Shown here one piece after another: positions 63,180-64,000 of a stretch of DNA of 64,000 bases. The DNA comes from an uncultured Lachnospiraceae bacterium (GTDB lineage: Bacteria; Bacillota; Clostridia; Lachnospirales; Lachnospiraceae). Made by a program: the position numbers and the translations under genes. The stretch covers positions 185,298 to 249,297 of the forward strand of contig CAJTKU010000001.1 in the NCBI GenBank assembly GCA_910577015.1, in the 5' to 3' direction. The notes under the pieces were generated by a model. The model was not told the origin of the DNA. It was given only the letters and a program-made list of their open reading frames with translations, and ran no database searches. Position 1 is the stretch's first letter; the number at the start of each line of letters is the position of its first letter.

Positions 63180-63208
63180 ATGCTACCACAGAAAACGGTT
63201 AATTTCAA
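63180..63208 (-). promoter_or_regulatory. Putative promoter of the toxin-like mRNA (TTGAAA-N17-TAGCAT, TGn-extended)
   Basis: The minus strand reads ttgaaa ttaaccgttttctgtgg tagcat. It predicts a ~100-nt 5-prime UTR. Confidence 0.4.
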
Positions 63209-63392
63209 CTGTTTTCCAGCATATATGCCTAAAAACTCGTACTCGGCTCGATGCCGGCCTTTTCTCTTTAGGCATAGGATAGGTACTAAAAACGTCTATC
63301 GTTTCTCAGGCACATTTCGTCAAATTACCCGGTCAAATTTTGGTTATTTTGTATATTGATTTTTTCTGCTGATTTGCTCCGCATTTACAACT

Positions 63393-63424
63393 AAAAAACG
63401 GCCCCGGCCATTACGACCAGGGCC
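63393..63424 (-). terminator. Rho-independent terminator ending the late/lysis transcription unit
   Basis: The minus strand reads ggccctgg-tcgtaatgg-ccggggcc followed by gtttttt, 8 nt after the stop at 63432. Confidence 0.75.
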
Positions 63425-63431
63425 ATTCCTC

Positions 63432-63605
63432 TTATTCCTCGGAATTGATAAAATCCTTACAGTCCAGTTTCCGGTATGCCTTTTCAAATGTCTCCTTCGG
63501 ACTCCAGGAAACATAACCATCCGGATATTTCACCCGGTACCCAGGACGTCCGTTCTTCTCCTGCGGCTCCGCTTTCACGATTTTTACGCCAATATAATTC
63601 TCCAT
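63432..63605 (-). CDS. Small phage protein (57 aa)
   Basis: ATG 63605 behind ggaggg gives MENYIGVKIVKAEPQEKNGRPGYRVKYPDGYVSWSPKETFEKAYRKL. A similar Y-x-SWSPK-x-FE-x-AYR motif recurs in small phage proteins (recollection). Confidence 0.55.
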   Translation of the reverse strand: MENYIGVKIVKAEPQEKNGRPGYRVKYPDGYVSWSPKETFEKAYRKLDCKDFINSEE

Positions 63606-63618
63606 GATTCCCTCCTGT

Positions 63619-64000
63619 CTACTGCGGAATGGAAAGAGTCCAGCCGACAACGATATAATTCGCTGTGATCTTCGGATATTTTCCCTTATTTGCTGCCACG
63701 ATTTTTGCAACGGTGGTTCCGTTTTTGTTTGCGATTGCAGAGAGCGTGTCACCGCTCACGACTTTATGCGTCCTCGTGCCAGATGATCCGCCGCTGGCTG
63801 ATGAACCAATATCCCCGGCATCCACCCAGCCGTAAACGGTGCTGGTGCTGTCGGTATGTACCAGATGGTACGGATGCCTGGCTCCCGCAGAAACAGCAGT
63901 AATTTTTGCCTTGCCAGGCTTGCAGGCTTTGGGAGACGTATCATTGGCGCTGGAATAGTGCTTCGTTCCGGTAAACGATACCACATCACCAATCTGGCAG
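63619..64000 (-). CDS. Cell-wall-binding C-terminus of a phage lysin (SH3-like segment + LysM); 5-prime part outside window
   Basis: The frame is open to position 64000 (..CQIGDMVSFTGTKHY..). The C-terminal LysM is HKVVSGDTLSAIANKNGTTVAKIVAANKGKYPKITANYIVVGWTLSIP. Confidence 0.7.
   Translation of the reverse strand, partial: CQIGDVVSFTGTKHYSSANDTSPKACKPGKAKITAVSAGARHPYHLVHTDSTSTVYGWVDAGDIGSSASGGSSGTRTHKVVSGDTLSAIANKNGTTVAKIVAANKGKYPKITANYIVVGWTLSIPQ

Larger units (their letters stand above)
44305..64000. mobile_element. Prophage-like element (partial; extends beyond window end)
   Basis: There are about 45 co-oriented minus-strand genes with pervasive start/stop overlaps (ATGA, TAATG). Phage-typical functions are present: LysM lysin, Rha-like, Dam, ParB-like nuclease, ASCH, PAPS-reductase-like, HNH, Xis-like HTH. 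No housekeeping genes are present. The left limit is inferred from the last phage-like gene (44494) and the hairpin at 44269-44304. No integrase or att repeat is visible in the window. Confidence 0.75.

Overview
The window is a Bacillota (Clostridia/Lachnospiraceae-like, about 50% GC) chromosomal segment. Almost every gene is on the minus strand; only rpmB, a LysR regulator and a lipoprotein are on plus. Positions 1-44.2 kb are core genome: type IIA topoisomerase B/A, degV, recG, DAK2/yloV, asp23, rpmB, sporulation ytfJ plus DUF2953, NUDIX, a single-polypeptide SEDS (FtsW/RodA) + class B PBP fusion, a double-length U32 protein, zapA, ruvAB, a MATE transporter, leuCD with a divergent LysR, a two-component system, GT4, DedA, ilvC, two divergent ilvN paralogs, ilvB, a short-form metH, a NodB deacetylase and lgt. 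A small AT-rich islet (XRE/GyrI-like regulator, P-loop kinase) and an ABC exporter lie at 17.1-21.8 kb. From about 44.3 kb to the window end is a partial prophage-like element. It holds a LysM lysin fragment and late-operon terminator, a type I toxin-antitoxin-like locus, an origin-like repeat/DnaA-box region, and about 18 kb of tightly coupled small early genes. Recognisable early genes are Dam, a ParB-like nuclease, ASCH, a PAPS-reductase-like protein, Rha-like, two HNH, and DUF3560/DUF3846-like proteins. The early genes are driven by two identical consensus promoter-operator cassettes. No integrase or att site is visible. The most unusual host feature is a family of long nested palindromic intergenic elements at four loci, with a fifth weaker candidate. 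They have a conserved core, a covarying apical hairpin and copy-specific perfect basal stems. I saw no rRNA, tRNA, CRISPR array or reverse transcriptase. All functional calls come from reading motifs by eye; no database search was run.
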